Positions 1-10,118 of a stretch of DNA of 64,000 nt are shown here, piece after piece. The notes under the pieces were generated by a model. It worked only from the letters and a program-made list of their open reading frames with translations. It made no database searches and was not told the DNA's origin. The stretch spans positions 64,390 to 128,389 of the forward strand of contig CALWAF010000001.1 in assembly GCA_944372795.1 (NCBI GenBank), given 5' to 3'. How positions within the stretch are numbered: position 1 is the stretch's first letter; every line of letters starts with the position of its first letter. Origin of the DNA: an uncultured Clostridia bacterium (GTDB lineage Bacteria > Bacillota > Clostridia > Christensenellales > CAG-917). The position numbers and the translations under genes are program-made.

Positions 1-213
1 GTCCTCCACCTTGCTCTCGTCGAAGGGATAGATGACAAGCTCGTTTTCCTTTTCCACGAAGACGCGGTTGCGGCTGTTCTCGCTCCTGCCCATGATGAAA
101 TAGGCAAAGACGGCGTTTTTCCCGTCCGCGCTCTTGCCGATGACGATGCCCCTGCCGGGGTAAGAATTGCCCTTGAGCAGGGCGTTGAGGTCGTTTATCG
201 CGTAAATGCTCAT
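1..213 (-). CDS. IMP cyclohydrolase, PurO-like family (3' part cut by window edge)
   Basis: Reverse strand reads MSIYAINDLNALLKGNSYPGRGIVIGKSADGKNAVFAYFIMGRSENSRNRVFVEKENELVIYPFDESKVED; YPGRG-IIGKS-type start typical of stand-alone IMP cyclohydrolases; sits directly after purN. Confidence 0.75.
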   Translation of the reverse strand, partial: MSIYAINDLNALLKGNSYPGRGIVIGKSADGKNAVFAYFIMGRSENSRNRVFVEKENELVIYPFDESKVED

Positions 214-226
214 TGTTCTCTCCTGT

Positions 227-853
227 TTATTTTGCAAAGTTTTCCGACGCTATCCTTTCGGCGGTGAGCTCCACCGCGCGTGGAAGCAGCTTCCACTCTG
301 CCTCTTCCATGACTCTTCTTTGCAGCGTCTCGGGGGTGTCGTCCTCCCTCACCGCCACTTCTTTTTGAAAAATTATCCTGCCGCCGTCGGGTATCTCGTT
401 GACATAATGCACGGTGGCGCCCGTCACCTTCTCACCCGCCGCCAGCACCGCCTCGTGGACTTTGAGCCCGTAAAACCCCTTCCCGCAGAACTTGGGGATG
501 AGGGAGGGGTGCACGTTGATGATGCGCTCGGGATAGCGGGAGGTGAACTTCTCGGACAGTATGCTCATGAACCCAGCAAGCACGATGACCTCCGCACCCA
601 CGCTCTCTATCGCACGCTCTATCTCGCCCTCGAACTCTTCCTGCGAGGCGCACTTCTTCCTCTCCGCCACGGCGGTGGGGACGCCCGCTTCTTCCGCGCG
701 CTTCAATGCGTAGGCGTCGGGTCTGCTCGACACCACGATGCCGACGCGGGCGTGAGGGAGCTCCCCTCTCTTTTCCGCGTCGAGGATGGCTTGCAGATTG
801 GTGCCGCCGCCCGAGACCAGCACGGCGACGACGACTTTCCTCTCCTCTCTCAT
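227..853 (-). CDS. purN: Phosphoribosylglycinamide formyltransferase
   Basis: 208 aa; [40 protein letters not shown] and [15 protein letters not shown] motifs of PurN. Confidence 0.95.
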   Translation of the reverse strand: MREERKVVVAVLVSGGGTNLQAILDAEKRGELPHARVGIVVSSRPDAYALKRAEEAGVPTAVAERKKCASQEEFEGEIERAIESVGAEVIVLAGFMSILSEKFTSRYPERIINVHPSLIPKFCGKGFYGLKVHEAVLAAGEKVTGATVHYVNEIPDGGRIIFQKEVAVREDDTPETLQRRVMEEAEWKLLPRAVELTAERIASENFAK

Positions 854-1884
854 TCGATGATCACTCCGTCCTCGGAGGGGACGATCTCTCCGATGATGTA
901 GGCGTCCTCGCCCGCCTCTTTCAGGGTGGCGAGAGCTTTCTCCGCATCCTTTGCCGTCACCACGACGCTCATGCCCACACCCATGTTGAAGGTGTTGAAC
1001 ATATCGCGTTCGGGCACTCCGCCCTCTCTTGCGATGATGTCGAAGAGGGGCAGCACTTTGAGTGCGGACTTGTCTATCTTCGCACCGAACCCCTTGGGGA
1101 TGCTGCGCGGGATGTTCTCATAGAACCCGCCGCCCGTGATGTGCGAGACAGCCTTCACCGTCACGGCATCAAAGAGCGCGAGCATGGGCTTCACGTATAT
1201 CTTTGTGGGGGTGAGCAGCGCCTCTCCGAGGCTCTTTCCGCCCAGCTCCTCCACGGGAGATGTCATGTCTTTGCTCTCGAATATCTTGCGCACGAGGGAG
1301 AACCCGTTGGAATGCACGCCCGAGGACGGCAGCGCGATGACGACGTCGCCCGCCTGCACCTTGGAGTTATCAAGCACCTTTGAGCGATCCACAACGCCCA
1401 CGGCGAACCCCGCGAGGTCATATTCGTCCTCGGGATAGAACCCCGGCATCTCGGCAGTCTCACCGCCGATGAGAGCTGCGCCCGCCTGCACGCAGCCTTC
1501 CGCAACACCGGACACTATCGCCGCTATGCGCTCGGGCACGTTCTTGCCGCAGGCGATGTAATCGAGGAAAAAGAGAGGCTTTGCTCCGCAGCAGATGACG
1601 TCGTTGACGCACATTGCCACGCAGTCGATGCCTATGGTGTCATGCTTTTGCAGCATGAATGCGTATTTGAGCTTGGTGCCCACGCCGTCCGTGCCGCTGA
1701 CGAGCACGGGACGCGTCATGCCCGTAAGGTCTAGCTCGAAGAGCCCGCCGAAGCCGCCTATGTCACTCGCCGCGCCCGCCGTAACGGTGCGTGCGATGTG
1801 CTTCTTCATGAGCTCCACCGCCCTATATCCCGCGGTGATGTCAACGCCCGCCTGCTTGTAGCTTTCGCTGAAAGACTTTTCCAT
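850..1884 (-). CDS. purM: Phosphoribosylformylglycinamidine cyclo-ligase (AIR synthetase)
   Basis: 344 aa; [38 protein letters not shown] motifs; overlaps purN by 4 nt. Confidence 0.96.
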   Translation of the reverse strand: MEKSFSESYKQAGVDITAGYRAVELMKKHIARTVTAGAASDIGGFGGLFELDLTGMTRPVLVSGTDGVGTKLKYAFMLQKHDTIGIDCVAMCVNDVICCGAKPLFFLDYIACGKNVPERIAAIVSGVAEGCVQAGAALIGGETAEMPGFYPEDEYDLAGFAVGVVDRSKVLDNSKVQAGDVVIALPSSGVHSNGFSLVRKIFESKDMTSPVEELGGKSLGEALLTPTKIYVKPMLALFDAVTVKAVSHITGGGFYENIPRSIPKGFGAKIDKSALKVLPLFDIIAREGGVPERDMFNTFNMGVGMSVVVTAKDAEKALATLKEAGEDAYIIGEIVPSEDGVIIE

Positions 1885-1885
1885 G

Positions 1886-2389
1886 TCAACCTCTCATCGC
1901 CGTGAGTTTTGCCTCCAATGCGGCATCCTTTTCAAGCACTTTCGCCTTGTCTGCGGCGCGTTTTGCGGCAAGTTTTTCCGCAAGCTCGGGCTCGGAGACG
2001 GCGAGGATCTCGAGAGCGAGCAGCGCGGCATTGACGGCTCCGTCCACTCCCACGGTCGCGACGGGGATGCCGGGAGGCATCTGCACCGTTGCGAGCAGTG
2101 CGTCCAGCCCGTCCAGCGCCGCCGCCTTGACGGGGATGCCGATGACGGGAAGCGTGGTGGAAGCGGCAAGCGCTCCCGCAAGATGTGCCGCCATGCCCGC
2201 CGCCGCGATTATGACGCCGAAACCGTGCTCTCTCGCGCTCTCCGCAAAAGCCTTTGCCTCCGCGGGAGTGCGGTGTGCGGAATAGACGTGCGCCTCGCAC
2301 TCCACTCCGAAGGATCTCACCGTTTCCACGGCTTTTCCTACGACGGGCAGGTCGCTGTCGCTGCCCATGATCACTGCGATCTTTTTCAT
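1886..2389 (-). CDS. purE: 5-(carboxyamino)imidazole ribonucleotide mutase
   Basis: 167 aa; [28 protein letters not shown] motifs of PurE. Confidence 0.96.
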   Translation of the reverse strand: MKKIAVIMGSDSDLPVVGKAVETVRSFGVECEAHVYSAHRTPAEAKAFAESAREHGFGVIIAAAGMAAHLAGALAASTTLPVIGIPVKAAALDGLDALLATVQMPPGIPVATVGVDGAVNAALLALEILAVSEPELAEKLAAKRAADKAKVLEKDAALEAKLTAMRG

Positions 2390-2470
2390 GTTTCACCTCT
2401 CCCCTTCCCGGGGCGCGCAGGGGACTTTTGTCCTCCCCGCAGACGCAGCGTCACCCGCGGCGTCCAAAAA

Positions 2471-2515
2471 AGGCAGCTTGCTCACGCAAGACTGCCCATT
2501 CACTCACTGTCGCAC
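2471..2515 (-). terminator. Intrinsic terminator hairpin inside the purE leader (possible attenuator)
   Basis: Reverse strand GGGCAGTCTTGCGTGAGCAAGCTGCCTTTTTT: GC stem followed by six T. Confidence 0.6.
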
Positions 2516-2613
2516 TCGGACGCAATTTTCCCGCAGACACCTGCTGCCTCCCCGAAGGAGGACAGTCCGCATCCCTTTGAGAAAACCGAACCGTACCGAA
2601 ATTGCATGGTCTA

Positions 2614-2642
2614 ATCATACACTATCAAAATTGCGATGTCAA
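2614..2642 (-). promoter_or_regulatory. Sigma-A type promoter upstream of purE
   Basis: Reverse strand TTGACA-N17-TATGAT (TTGACATCGCAATTTTGATAGTGTATGAT), ~220 nt upstream of the purE start. Confidence 0.7.
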
Positions 2643-2726
2643 AAAATTGAATGCCCTTTTTCCAAGATTTCGGCATACATTTTGAACATATTGTATATCA
2701 CGCGCGCGAGAGCACAATATGGTGTG

Positions 2727-3374
2727 TCACTCTCCGCCGTTCAGTCTCACTCCGCAGGACTCGCAGAATTTGGCGCCCGCGTCTTTGACGGGAGCCCCGC
2801 ATGCGGGACAGTAGCGCGGCGCCGTTCTCTCCCTCATCATGTCTACGGCGGCAGTCGCGGGGAGGGCAAGGGCGATGAACTCGTCGTACATCCTGCGCGC
2901 GTCTTCCTCCGTGAGGGAAAGCGACGTCTTTGCCACCACCTCGTCGCCTACTATCTCATATCCTTTCACCGAGCCGCCGTCGATGAGCGCCCGCACCGTC
3001 GTCTTCATCGCTTCAAACGCCTGAACGGTCTGCACCACGGCAAGGGAGGCTATCACGGTGGCGTCCTTTGCCTCTATCCTGTCCGCGAGGGCGACGAGCT
3101 GCGTATAGCGCGCACGCATCGTAAAGAGGAAAGGCATGGTCACGGCGCACGCGCCGAACACCGCAAACGGGATGAAAATGTATTGCATGGTCTCGTTGCC
3201 GCCCCCGCTGCCCGAAGTCGCACTCAAAGTGATGAATGAGATGAAAGCGGCAAGGATGACCAGCACTCCCAAGGCGAGCACGACCGTGAAGACGGTCTTT
3301 CTCACCCGCACGTTTCCGCATTTTGTGACGGCTCCGAACGAGCCCGCATTTCTAATATTTATCTGCATAAACAC
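2727..3374 (-). CDS. Membrane protein with C-terminal zinc-ribbon
   Basis: 215 aa; two hydrophobic segments and C-terminal YCPACGAPVKDAGAKFCESCGVRL; similar layout to 14935..15579. Confidence 0.6.
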   Translation of the reverse strand: MFMQINIRNAGSFGAVTKCGNVRVRKTVFTVVLALGVLVILAAFISFITLSATSGSGGGNETMQYIFIPFAVFGACAVTMPFLFTMRARYTQLVALADRIEAKDATVIASLAVVQTVQAFEAMKTTVRALIDGGSVKGYEIVGDEVVAKTSLSLTEEDARRMYDEFIALALPATAAVDMMRERTAPRYCPACGAPVKDAGAKFCESCGVRLNGGE

Positions 3375-3498
3375 TCCTAATTTTCATATTAGCACATCTC
3401 GGCGGATCGCGCAACGCCGCTCGGGAACAAAACCGCCCGCTCCCGCGATGCGCAATTTTTCCGTTGCTTTTCTACTCCCTTGGTGCTATGATCTGTAT

Positions 3499-3735
3499 AT
3501 GGCGTATGAAGAGTCACACGGCAACGTGCAGATCCAAGTGGCTGCGCGCATAAAGGAACTCATGCGGGAGAACAGTCTCACGCAGGTGGCGCTCGCCGCT
3601 GCCGTGGGGCTGAAACAGAACACCGTGAGCGCATGGCTTTTGGGCAAGAAGGAGCCGAGCATCCGGAGCCTGTGGCTGCTGGCAGACTACTTCAATGTGG
3701 AGATCGACTATCTCGTGGGGCGGAAGGACTACTGA
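3499..3735 (+). CDS. Small HTH (XRE-type) transcriptional regulator
   Basis: 78 aa; IKELMRENSLTQVALAAAVGLKQNTVSAWLLGKKEPSIRSLWLLADYFNVEIDYLVG is a classical XRE HTH. Confidence 0.85.
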   Translation: MAYEESHGNVQIQVAARIKELMRENSLTQVALAAAVGLKQNTVSAWLLGKKEPSIRSLWLLADYFNVEIDYLVGRKDY

Positions 3736-3833
3736 TCCGCGGGAAACGATAATCATAGTTTCTATTGCATATCGTGCTCACAAGTGGTAAAATAAGAATT
3801 GCTTAAGAGACCGGCAGACGGAAAGGAGGCAGC

Positions 3834-4850
3834 ATGAAAAGACCGTACGCCGTTTTTTTTGTTCTCGTGATGCTTTTTGCGACACTCGCGTTTTCCCTTG
3901 CCGCGTGCAACGATAACACGGGCGGGACTACGCAGGACGACACGTCCGCGGTGCAAGACCCCGACGACACCGAAACTCCCTCCACCGACGATCCGAGTTC
4001 GGACGACGACACCGACACGGACGACGAGGCGACTTACATCTACTATAAACCCGTCCAAGGCTACGATTACACCGAGGGAGATGAGATCGAGCACATCACC
4101 TACTACTCCTCCGTTGCGGGCGCCGACAAGCACGCCAACGTCATCCTCCCCGTGGACTATGACCCCGAAAAAAGCTATCCCGTGCTTTACCTTCTCCACG
4201 GTCTCATGAGTGACGAGTACTCATGGATAGACGGCGTCTACGGGCTTGAGATGGGCGCAAACTACATCGTGCAGAACGCCCACTATTTCGACGGCGCTCC
4301 CGAGATGATCGTGGTGTGCGTCAACAGCCTCGTCAATGCCACGGAGACGGAGCCCGAGTGGGACATGTTCCCGCCCTCCGCACCTCCCGAACTCGCCGAG
4401 ACCTACGACCTCACGGGACGGGACATCACGGAATGTCTCATGCCCTACATCAACGCACACTACTCCACCCTGACGGGCAAGGAGAACACCGCGATCGCGG
4501 GCTACTCCATGGGAGGGCGTGAAGCCATGCTCACCGCGTTTGCTTATCAGGACATCTTCGGTTGGGTGGGCGCATTTTCGTCGGCGTCCTTCGGCACCGA
4601 CGTCGTGTCTGCCTCCGACTACGTGCCCGATTTCACCCTAGACAAGGGCTCCGACGGCTTTTATTACGTGCAAATCACGGTGGGCGGCTTTGACACCCTC
4701 GCACCCGTGAGCAGGAACATATGCGCAAGGCTTGATGAGATAGGCGTGGAATACACCTACAACACCGTCTTCTTCGGGGGGCACTCCCCTTCGGTGTGGC
4801 GCTCCGCGCTTAACGACTTCGTCAAAAACATATTCACGGATCCGGCGTGA
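3834..4850 (+). CDS. Secreted lipoprotein esterase (alpha/beta hydrolase, esterase-D / feruloyl-esterase-like)
   Basis: 338 aa; lipobox SLAAC, Asp/Thr-rich linker, YPVLYLLHGLMSDEYSW, nucleophile motif GYSMGG, C-terminal GGHSPSVW. Confidence 0.8.
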   Translation: MKRPYAVFFVLVMLFATLAFSLAACNDNTGGTTQDDTSAVQDPDDTETPSTDDPSSDDDTDTDDEATYIYYKPVQGYDYTEGDEIEHITYYSSVAGADKHANVILPVDYDPEKSYPVLYLLHGLMSDEYSWIDGVYGLEMGANYIVQNAHYFDGAPEMIVVCVNSLVNATETEPEWDMFPPSAPPELAETYDLTGRDITECLMPYINAHYSTLTGKENTAIAGYSMGGREAMLTAFAYQDIFGWVGAFSSASFGTDVVSASDYVPDFTLDKGSDGFYYVQITVGGFDTLAPVSRNICARLDEIGVEYTYNTVFFGGHSPSVWRSALNDFVKNIFTDPA

Positions 4851-4950
4851 ACGGCGCGCACCCCTACACAATTGAGAGTTAACAAGCATATTTGCGCGCG
4901 TTAAACATCGGTTTCGCGCAAAAGAACAAACGGATCTCGTGTTTTACGGC

Positions 4951-4984
4951 ACAAAAAAAGGCGGCATACATTGCCGCCTTTTTC
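4951..4984. terminator. Bidirectional intrinsic terminator
   Basis: AAAAAAAGGCGGCATACATTGCCGCCTTTTT between convergent genes. Confidence 0.8.
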
Positions 4985-4995
4985 ATCGTCTTGTG

Positions 4996-5955
4996 TCACT
5001 TTACTGCAAGCGCCGAAAGCTCCCCTTTTAGCACTGCGCTCCACTTCTCGGGCTCTTCAACGTCGGGAGAATGGGCGGAGTTTTCAAACCACACCCACTT
5101 CTTCGCGGGAGCGGAGAGGGCGTCGAACCATTCCTTCGCGATCGCGGAGGGGGTGTTGTAGTCGTGTCTGCCCTGCGTGATGACGACGGGGACGTCGAGG
5201 CTCTTTATCGCGCTCAAACGCTGACCCACCACATCGGGCCACATCACGTCGGTGAGGTAGGTCGCGCCCTGCGCATACTTCACGATGTCCGCAAGGGAAT
5301 ATTCCTTGGTCTTCAGAAGGGGCATGAGCAGACCTTTCACCAACCCCTGTTTGCCGCCGTGTATGGCGCCGCCGTAGCGGGAGAGGCAGTCGCGCTGGAT
5401 CATCATGCTCTTGTTGTCGGGATAGACTCCGTCCACGGGCGCGCCCTTTTCAAGGGCGGCGAGAGCCTTTTTGTCCCCGCGCCTTTTCGCCTCTTCGAGG
5501 CAGAAGCGGTAGGAACCTTCCTCGTTGCGGTCGCCGTCCACGAACTGCCCTTCTCCGACATAGGCAAAGAGCAGGTCGGGTCGCCGCGCCGCAGCCAGCA
5601 CTCCGATGATGGAACCCCAGCTGTGCCCCACCATTGCGACCTTGCGCACGCCGAATTTGCCGGTGAGATACTCCAGCATGAATTCCACGTCATCCACGTA
5701 GTCCGCCACCTTGGGGACGCTCTTTTTGATGCCGGGGGTGTAGCTCTTCCCGCTGCCGCGCTGATCCCAGCACACAAGGGTGAAATCCTCGGCTAGGTCG
5801 GAGTGGTCGCGCAGGATGTTGTGCCTGTCGCACACCCCGGGCCCGCCGTGCAGGAAGAGGATGACGGGCAGCCCCTTTTTCGCCGCGCGGACGCGGATGT
5901 TCTGGATGCTGCCGTTGACTTCTACGTTTTCGCTGTAATCGAGTTGATAAGTCAT
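4996..5955 (-). CDS. Alpha/beta hydrolase (proline iminopeptidase-like)
   Basis: 319 aa; LFLHGGPGVCDRHN, VCWDQRGSGKSY, VGHSWGS, late ENSAHSPDVEEPEKW. Confidence 0.8.
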   Translation of the reverse strand: MTYQLDYSENVEVNGSIQNIRVRAAKKGLPVILFLHGGPGVCDRHNILRDHSDLAEDFTLVCWDQRGSGKSYTPGIKKSVPKVADYVDDVEFMLEYLTGKFGVRKVAMVGHSWGSIIGVLAAARRPDLLFAYVGEGQFVDGDRNEEGSYRFCLEEAKRRGDKKALAALEKGAPVDGVYPDNKSMMIQRDCLSRYGGAIHGGKQGLVKGLLMPLLKTKEYSLADIVKYAQGATYLTDVMWPDVVGQRLSAIKSLDVPVVITQGRHDYNTPSAIAKEWFDALSAPAKKWVWFENSAHSPDVEEPEKWSAVLKGELSALAVK

Positions 5956-5956
5956 A

Positions 5957-7267
5957 TCAAAGCTCCTTCATCAATCCGTCAAGGACGGACTCTATCTTCT
6001 CGTTGCGTTTGAGACGAGGCGACTCTATCACCCTGCCGCCCGCAGCCACGAGCAACGGGGTGCGCAGAGTCTCGGGATGCACGGTGGGATCATCCGCAAG
6101 GAAGACGAGATCGGCGCGTTTGCCGGGCTCGAGCGAGCCCACTTTGTCCGCCTGTCCGAGGGCTTCGGCGCCGCCCATCGTCGCCGCATACAGCGCCGCT
6201 TTCACGCCGAATCCGCCGAGTTTTGCGAAATACACCACCTCACGCCACATGCCCGTCTGCGTGGAGAAGGGACAGGACGCGTCCGTGCCCATCGCCACCG
6301 TGATGCCGTGCGCATAGGCGTCCTTCGCGCACTGCGTCATGCCTTCCAGCACGATGCCGGAGTTGAACACTCTCACGTCGTCCAGCTTGGTGAGCTCGGT
6401 GGGGAGTTTGTAGTAAGGATATGCGGGAGTGTACGTCGTCACCACCGCGCCGCCGCGGGCTTTGAGCGCCGCCGCAGCCTCTTCGGTAAGATGTGCGCCG
6501 TGCTCGATGGTGTCCACGCCGCCGAGGGCTGCGATCTCCACCCCTCTCGGGCTTTGGACGTGCGCGGCGACCTTTTTGCCGAGGGCGTGCGCCATGTCGC
6601 AAGCCGCCTTCACCTGCTCTTCCGTCATCTTTACCTCGCCGGGCTCGCCCTTCTTCTTCGCGTCGGTGACGCCGCCCGTGATGCATATCTTGATGAGGTC
6701 GGCACCGTTTTTCACGTTCTGATCCACCAGCGCCGCGAACTCCGCGGGAGTGGACGCCGTGAGCGCAAACGTACCGTCGCCGTGTCCGCCGGGTGCAGTG
6801 AGCGCAGGACCCGACGCCACGAGATTGAGTCCCGCCGCCTTGCCTTTGCCCTTCCTTATGCCGTCGCGCACGATGAGATCGGAATATCTGAAATCCCCCA
6901 GCCCGCGCAGCGTGGTCACGCCGGAATTGAGTTCCTGCGCGCAAGCGGAAGACACCAGCATTTTCAGCACCGCGAGCCCGAGAGCGCTGTGCACGAGTTT
7001 GAGCACCAGCTTCTGCGCTCCGCCGCCCGAGATGACCTTGCTGGGCGCGCCCGTGCCGAAGAGGTGGGCATGCGCGTTGACCAGCCCCGGGAAGACATAC
7101 TTCCCCGCCGCGTCGTACACCTTCATCCCCGTCTTGTCGCCGCCCGCGGGCGCGATGCGGGTGATGATGCCGTTCTCGGCAAAGATATCCACGCCGCGCA
7201 CGACGGCGCAGTCCGCCTTGACGTCTACCATATTGCAATTCGCAAACACGACCTTTGTGTTCTTCAT
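5957..7267 (-). CDS. Metal-dependent amidohydrolase (imidazolonepropionase-like)
   Basis: 436 aa; VFPGLVNAHAHLFG, GVDTIEHGAHLTEE, GTDASCPF, LGSLEPGKRADLVFL. Confidence 0.85.
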   Translation of the reverse strand: MKNTKVVFANCNMVDVKADCAVVRGVDIFAENGIITRIAPAGGDKTGMKVYDAAGKYVFPGLVNAHAHLFGTGAPSKVISGGGAQKLVLKLVHSALGLAVLKMLVSSACAQELNSGVTTLRGLGDFRYSDLIVRDGIRKGKGKAAGLNLVASGPALTAPGGHGDGTFALTASTPAEFAALVDQNVKNGADLIKICITGGVTDAKKKGEPGEVKMTEEQVKAACDMAHALGKKVAAHVQSPRGVEIAALGGVDTIEHGAHLTEEAAAALKARGGAVVTTYTPAYPYYKLPTELTKLDDVRVFNSGIVLEGMTQCAKDAYAHGITVAMGTDASCPFSTQTGMWREVVYFAKLGGFGVKAALYAATMGGAEALGQADKVGSLEPGKRADLVFLADDPTVHPETLRTPLLVAAGGRVIESPRLKRNEKIESVLDGLMKEL

Positions 7268-7513
7268 CCGTAATTCCTCCGACGCGCACCTGTGCGCGCG
7301 TGCTTTGACTTAATTATACAACGCCTGCGCCGAGAGGCAAGCGTTTGAAAAAAATTGAACGTTCATCGAACACCCGTATGTGTGATAAGCCCGACTTTTA
7401 ATGTCGTGTGTCAAAAAATTTCGCCGTTGACACCTTGTCGGCTTGATGTTATATTACCAGCGGGGATAAAGGCACATAGGGGTCTTTATCCTATTTTTTT
7501 TAGGAGTAATATT

Positions 7514-9037
7514 ATGCGAGGAAAGAAAATTGCAGCCCTCACCGTGGCTGCTATGCTGTGCGCCGTGATCTGTCTTGCCGCGCTCACCGCGTGCAACGAT
7601 ACGGCGTCCGTCGCGGGCAAGGGCGTCGAAAAGCCCGAGAACGTGTTCGTCAACGACCTCGACACCGTTGACGGCACCGACCTCACCGACAGCGCCACGG
7701 TCTCGACCAGCTCCGCCCACGGGTCCGCAGCTAACCTCACCGACGGCGCCACCGACACCGCATGGACGGCGGAAGGCATCGACGGCGAGTGCATCACGAT
7801 CACCTTTGACACTGCGGTCACCTTCAACACCGTGGTGCTGCGCGAGAACGGCAACTACATCACCGGTTTCCGCTTCGAGGCAGAGACCGAGGACGGCAGA
7901 GAGGAATTCTACCGTCAGGACAGGATGGAGCGCTATCGCTACTGCTCTTTCGATGCAGTGACCGCCACCGAGCTCTACATCTCCATCGACGGCGTGAACG
8001 AAGGCAGGAACATCTCCGTCTCGGAAGTGGAAGTGTACAACCTCGCTCCCAAGACCTATGAGGACGAATTCCGCGTCTTTGCCTACTACAACGTCGGCGA
8101 TTTCAGGAACCCCGCGCTCGACAAGGCGCAGCTCACCGCACAGCTTGACGTCGTGACGGACATCATCCTCTTCGAGTACGTCTATTGGAACGCGGAAGGC
8201 GAGCTCACCTTCACCCGGCGCGACTCCGAGTCGGCAGACGTCGCCTCCACCGCTTACCTCGAAGAGGCGATCGCTTATATCAAGAGCTGCAATCCCGACG
8301 TCAGGATCTGCCTCGACATCCTTCCCGGGAACAAAGCCGCACACGGTCTGCCGGAGTGCACCGAGAACCTCACGAACAACATCGCGGATCTCGTGCGCGA
8401 GCTTGACGTGGACGGCGTGGAATTCGACTGGGAATATCCCTCCACTCCCTCCGAATGGAAGGCATACGGCGACATGATGCTGGCGCTCAAAGAGAAGATA
8501 GGTGAGGAAGGCAGATACGTCTCCGTCGCCCTTTCCAACTTCAACGTCGGGTTCGACAAGGAGCACATCGAAGGCATCGACTTCGTGCAGATCATGGGTT
8601 ATGACCGCTTCGACCCGGACGGCAACAACTCTTCCTTCCGCAGCGGAGCGTACCTTCCCATGCGCTACTTCGTCAACCTCGGCTTCAAGCCCTCCCAGCT
8701 CGTCGCGGGAATGCCCGCCTACGGCAGACCCGACAACGAGACCGTCGGCGAATATTGGACGAACTATTATCACAACGGCGGCGAAGTGTGGGCGGACGAA
8801 GACAGAACGCAGGAATTCACCAAGTGGGACAACGTGCAGTATCTCACCTATGGAGGCATCGACATGAAGGTGTACGTCACGGGCGGCGCAATGGCTTACG
8901 ACAAGACCGCCTACGCCATCGAACAGGACTTTGCAGGCGTCATGGTCTTCCGCAACCTCATCGACTACCCCATGGACGACGACCGCAGTGTCATCCGCGC
9001 GATCGGCGAAGCCATAGACGCGCTCATAGCGCAATAA
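7514..9037 (+). CDS. Lipoprotein with discoidin-like N-terminal domain and GH18 domain (copy 1)
   Basis: Start set at ATG 7514 behind TAGGAG; lipobox LTACND; F5/8-like segment; GH18 motif DGVEFDWEYP. Confidence 0.8.
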   Translation: MRGKKIAALTVAAMLCAVICLAALTACNDTASVAGKGVEKPENVFVNDLDTVDGTDLTDSATVSTSSAHGSAANLTDGATDTAWTAEGIDGECITITFDTAVTFNTVVLRENGNYITGFRFEAETEDGREEFYRQDRMERYRYCSFDAVTATELYISIDGVNEGRNISVSEVEVYNLAPKTYEDEFRVFAYYNVGDFRNPALDKAQLTAQLDVVTDIILFEYVYWNAEGELTFTRRDSESADVASTAYLEEAIAYIKSCNPDVRICLDILPGNKAAHGLPECTENLTNNIADLVRELDVDGVEFDWEYPSTPSEWKAYGDMMLALKEKIGEEGRYVSVALSNFNVGFDKEHIEGIDFVQIMGYDRFDPDGNNSSFRSGAYLPMRYFVNLGFKPSQLVAGMPAYGRPDNETVGEYWTNYYHNGGEVWADEDRTQEFTKWDNVQYLTYGGIDMKVYVTGGAMAYDKTAYAIEQDFAGVMVFRNLIDYPMDDDRSVIRAIGEAIDALIAQ

Positions 9038-9044
9038 AGGGGGT

Positions 9045-10019
9045 GTGAACATGAAAAAACGTAATGTTAAACTCTTGATCACGGCAACATTGCTCATCCT
9101 GTGTCTTGCCCTTTCCGCGGTGCTGTTTGCCGCCTGCAACGGCGACGATCTCACTTCGGCATACGCCGAGGCACAGAAGAATTGGAGCGCGGCAAAGAAC
9201 AAAGTCGTCTACGACACCCTCGTCATCGACGGCGAGCTGGGCAGCGGTGACTCCGCCGTGCCCGTCACCGTCACCGTCGAAGGCTATCGCGCCTACATCG
9301 GCGACGAGTGGGTGTTCGACTACAACCTCAAAGCGACGGGGCTCGAAGCCGTCGCGGGCGTGCTGGTCGGATCGGTGCTCGAAGGCACGGGCGCGGAGAT
9401 CACCCTCTCCCGCTCCTCCGACGGCAACATCTCGCTCAAACTCGGCATCCCGTATCTCATCGAAAATGCGATCGACACCTCTTTCAACGAGTCCGTCGTG
9501 CGCGACTATCTCGCCGTCTTCGACTTTGCCGACAACACCTTCTACGATGCGGAGAACATCTCCGGCAGCGCCTCCGCATTCACCATCGATGCGGAGAGCT
9601 CCCTCGGCTACATCCTCTATCAGATCGCGCCCGCGCTCTCCCTCAACTTCAACTTCGACGTGCTGCCCATGCTGGAGAGCTGGCTCACCCTCGGCGACGT
9701 GACGGGAAGCGTATCGTTTGCGGACGGGAATTTCTCCGCGATGACCACCTCGCAGTCCGTCGAGCTTTTCCTGCCCGACGAGGACGCAGACTTCCTCGCC
9801 TACAACATCGACAACTTCCCCGACATACTCATCTCCTTCTTCGAGACCAAGAAGATAAGCATTGCGGGGTTCGTGGAGATCGACCTCTCCTCCGCTTGGG
9901 CGGAAGGCATCTCCCTCTCGGCAACGGTGGGAAGCTCTGCGGAATATCACCTGCTCGCTTCGGATGCGACATTCGACAGCGTGCAGGCGGACTACGACGC
10001 GGCACACTCCGAAAACTAA
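9045..10019 (+). CDS. Companion lipoprotein of unknown function (copy 1)
   Basis: 324 aa, lipobox LFAAC; shares LGDVTGSVSFADGNFSAMTTSQ and LSATVGSSAEYHLLASDATF with 11821..12765. Confidence 0.75.
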   Translation: MNMKKRNVKLLITATLLILCLALSAVLFAACNGDDLTSAYAEAQKNWSAAKNKVVYDTLVIDGELGSGDSAVPVTVTVEGYRAYIGDEWVFDYNLKATGLEAVAGVLVGSVLEGTGAEITLSRSSDGNISLKLGIPYLIENAIDTSFNESVVRDYLAVFDFADNTFYDAENISGSASAFTIDAESSLGYILYQIAPALSLNFNFDVLPMLESWLTLGDVTGSVSFADGNFSAMTTSQSVELFLPDEDADFLAYNIDNFPDILISFFETKKISIAGFVEIDLSSAWAEGISLSATVGSSAEYHLLASDATFDSVQADYDAAHSEN

Positions 10020-10021
10020 AA

Positions 10022-10060
10022 GAGCAACGCCCGCGCATTTGTGCGCGGGCGTTGCTTTTC
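10022..10060 (+). terminator. Intrinsic terminator
   Basis: GCAACGCCCGCGCATTTGTGCGCGGGCGTTGCTTTT, 14 bp perfect stem. Confidence 0.8.
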
Positions 10061-10118
10061 TTGTCGGAGCGTGATATGATATAAACACGATCTTCGGATC
10101 TTTGGGGGAGAATTCGCT

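Noticed and set aside
2389-2642. Canonical guanine/PRPP/ZTP riboswitch
   Set aside because: I could not match a known aptamer consensus by eye; kept as an unclassified leader finding instead.
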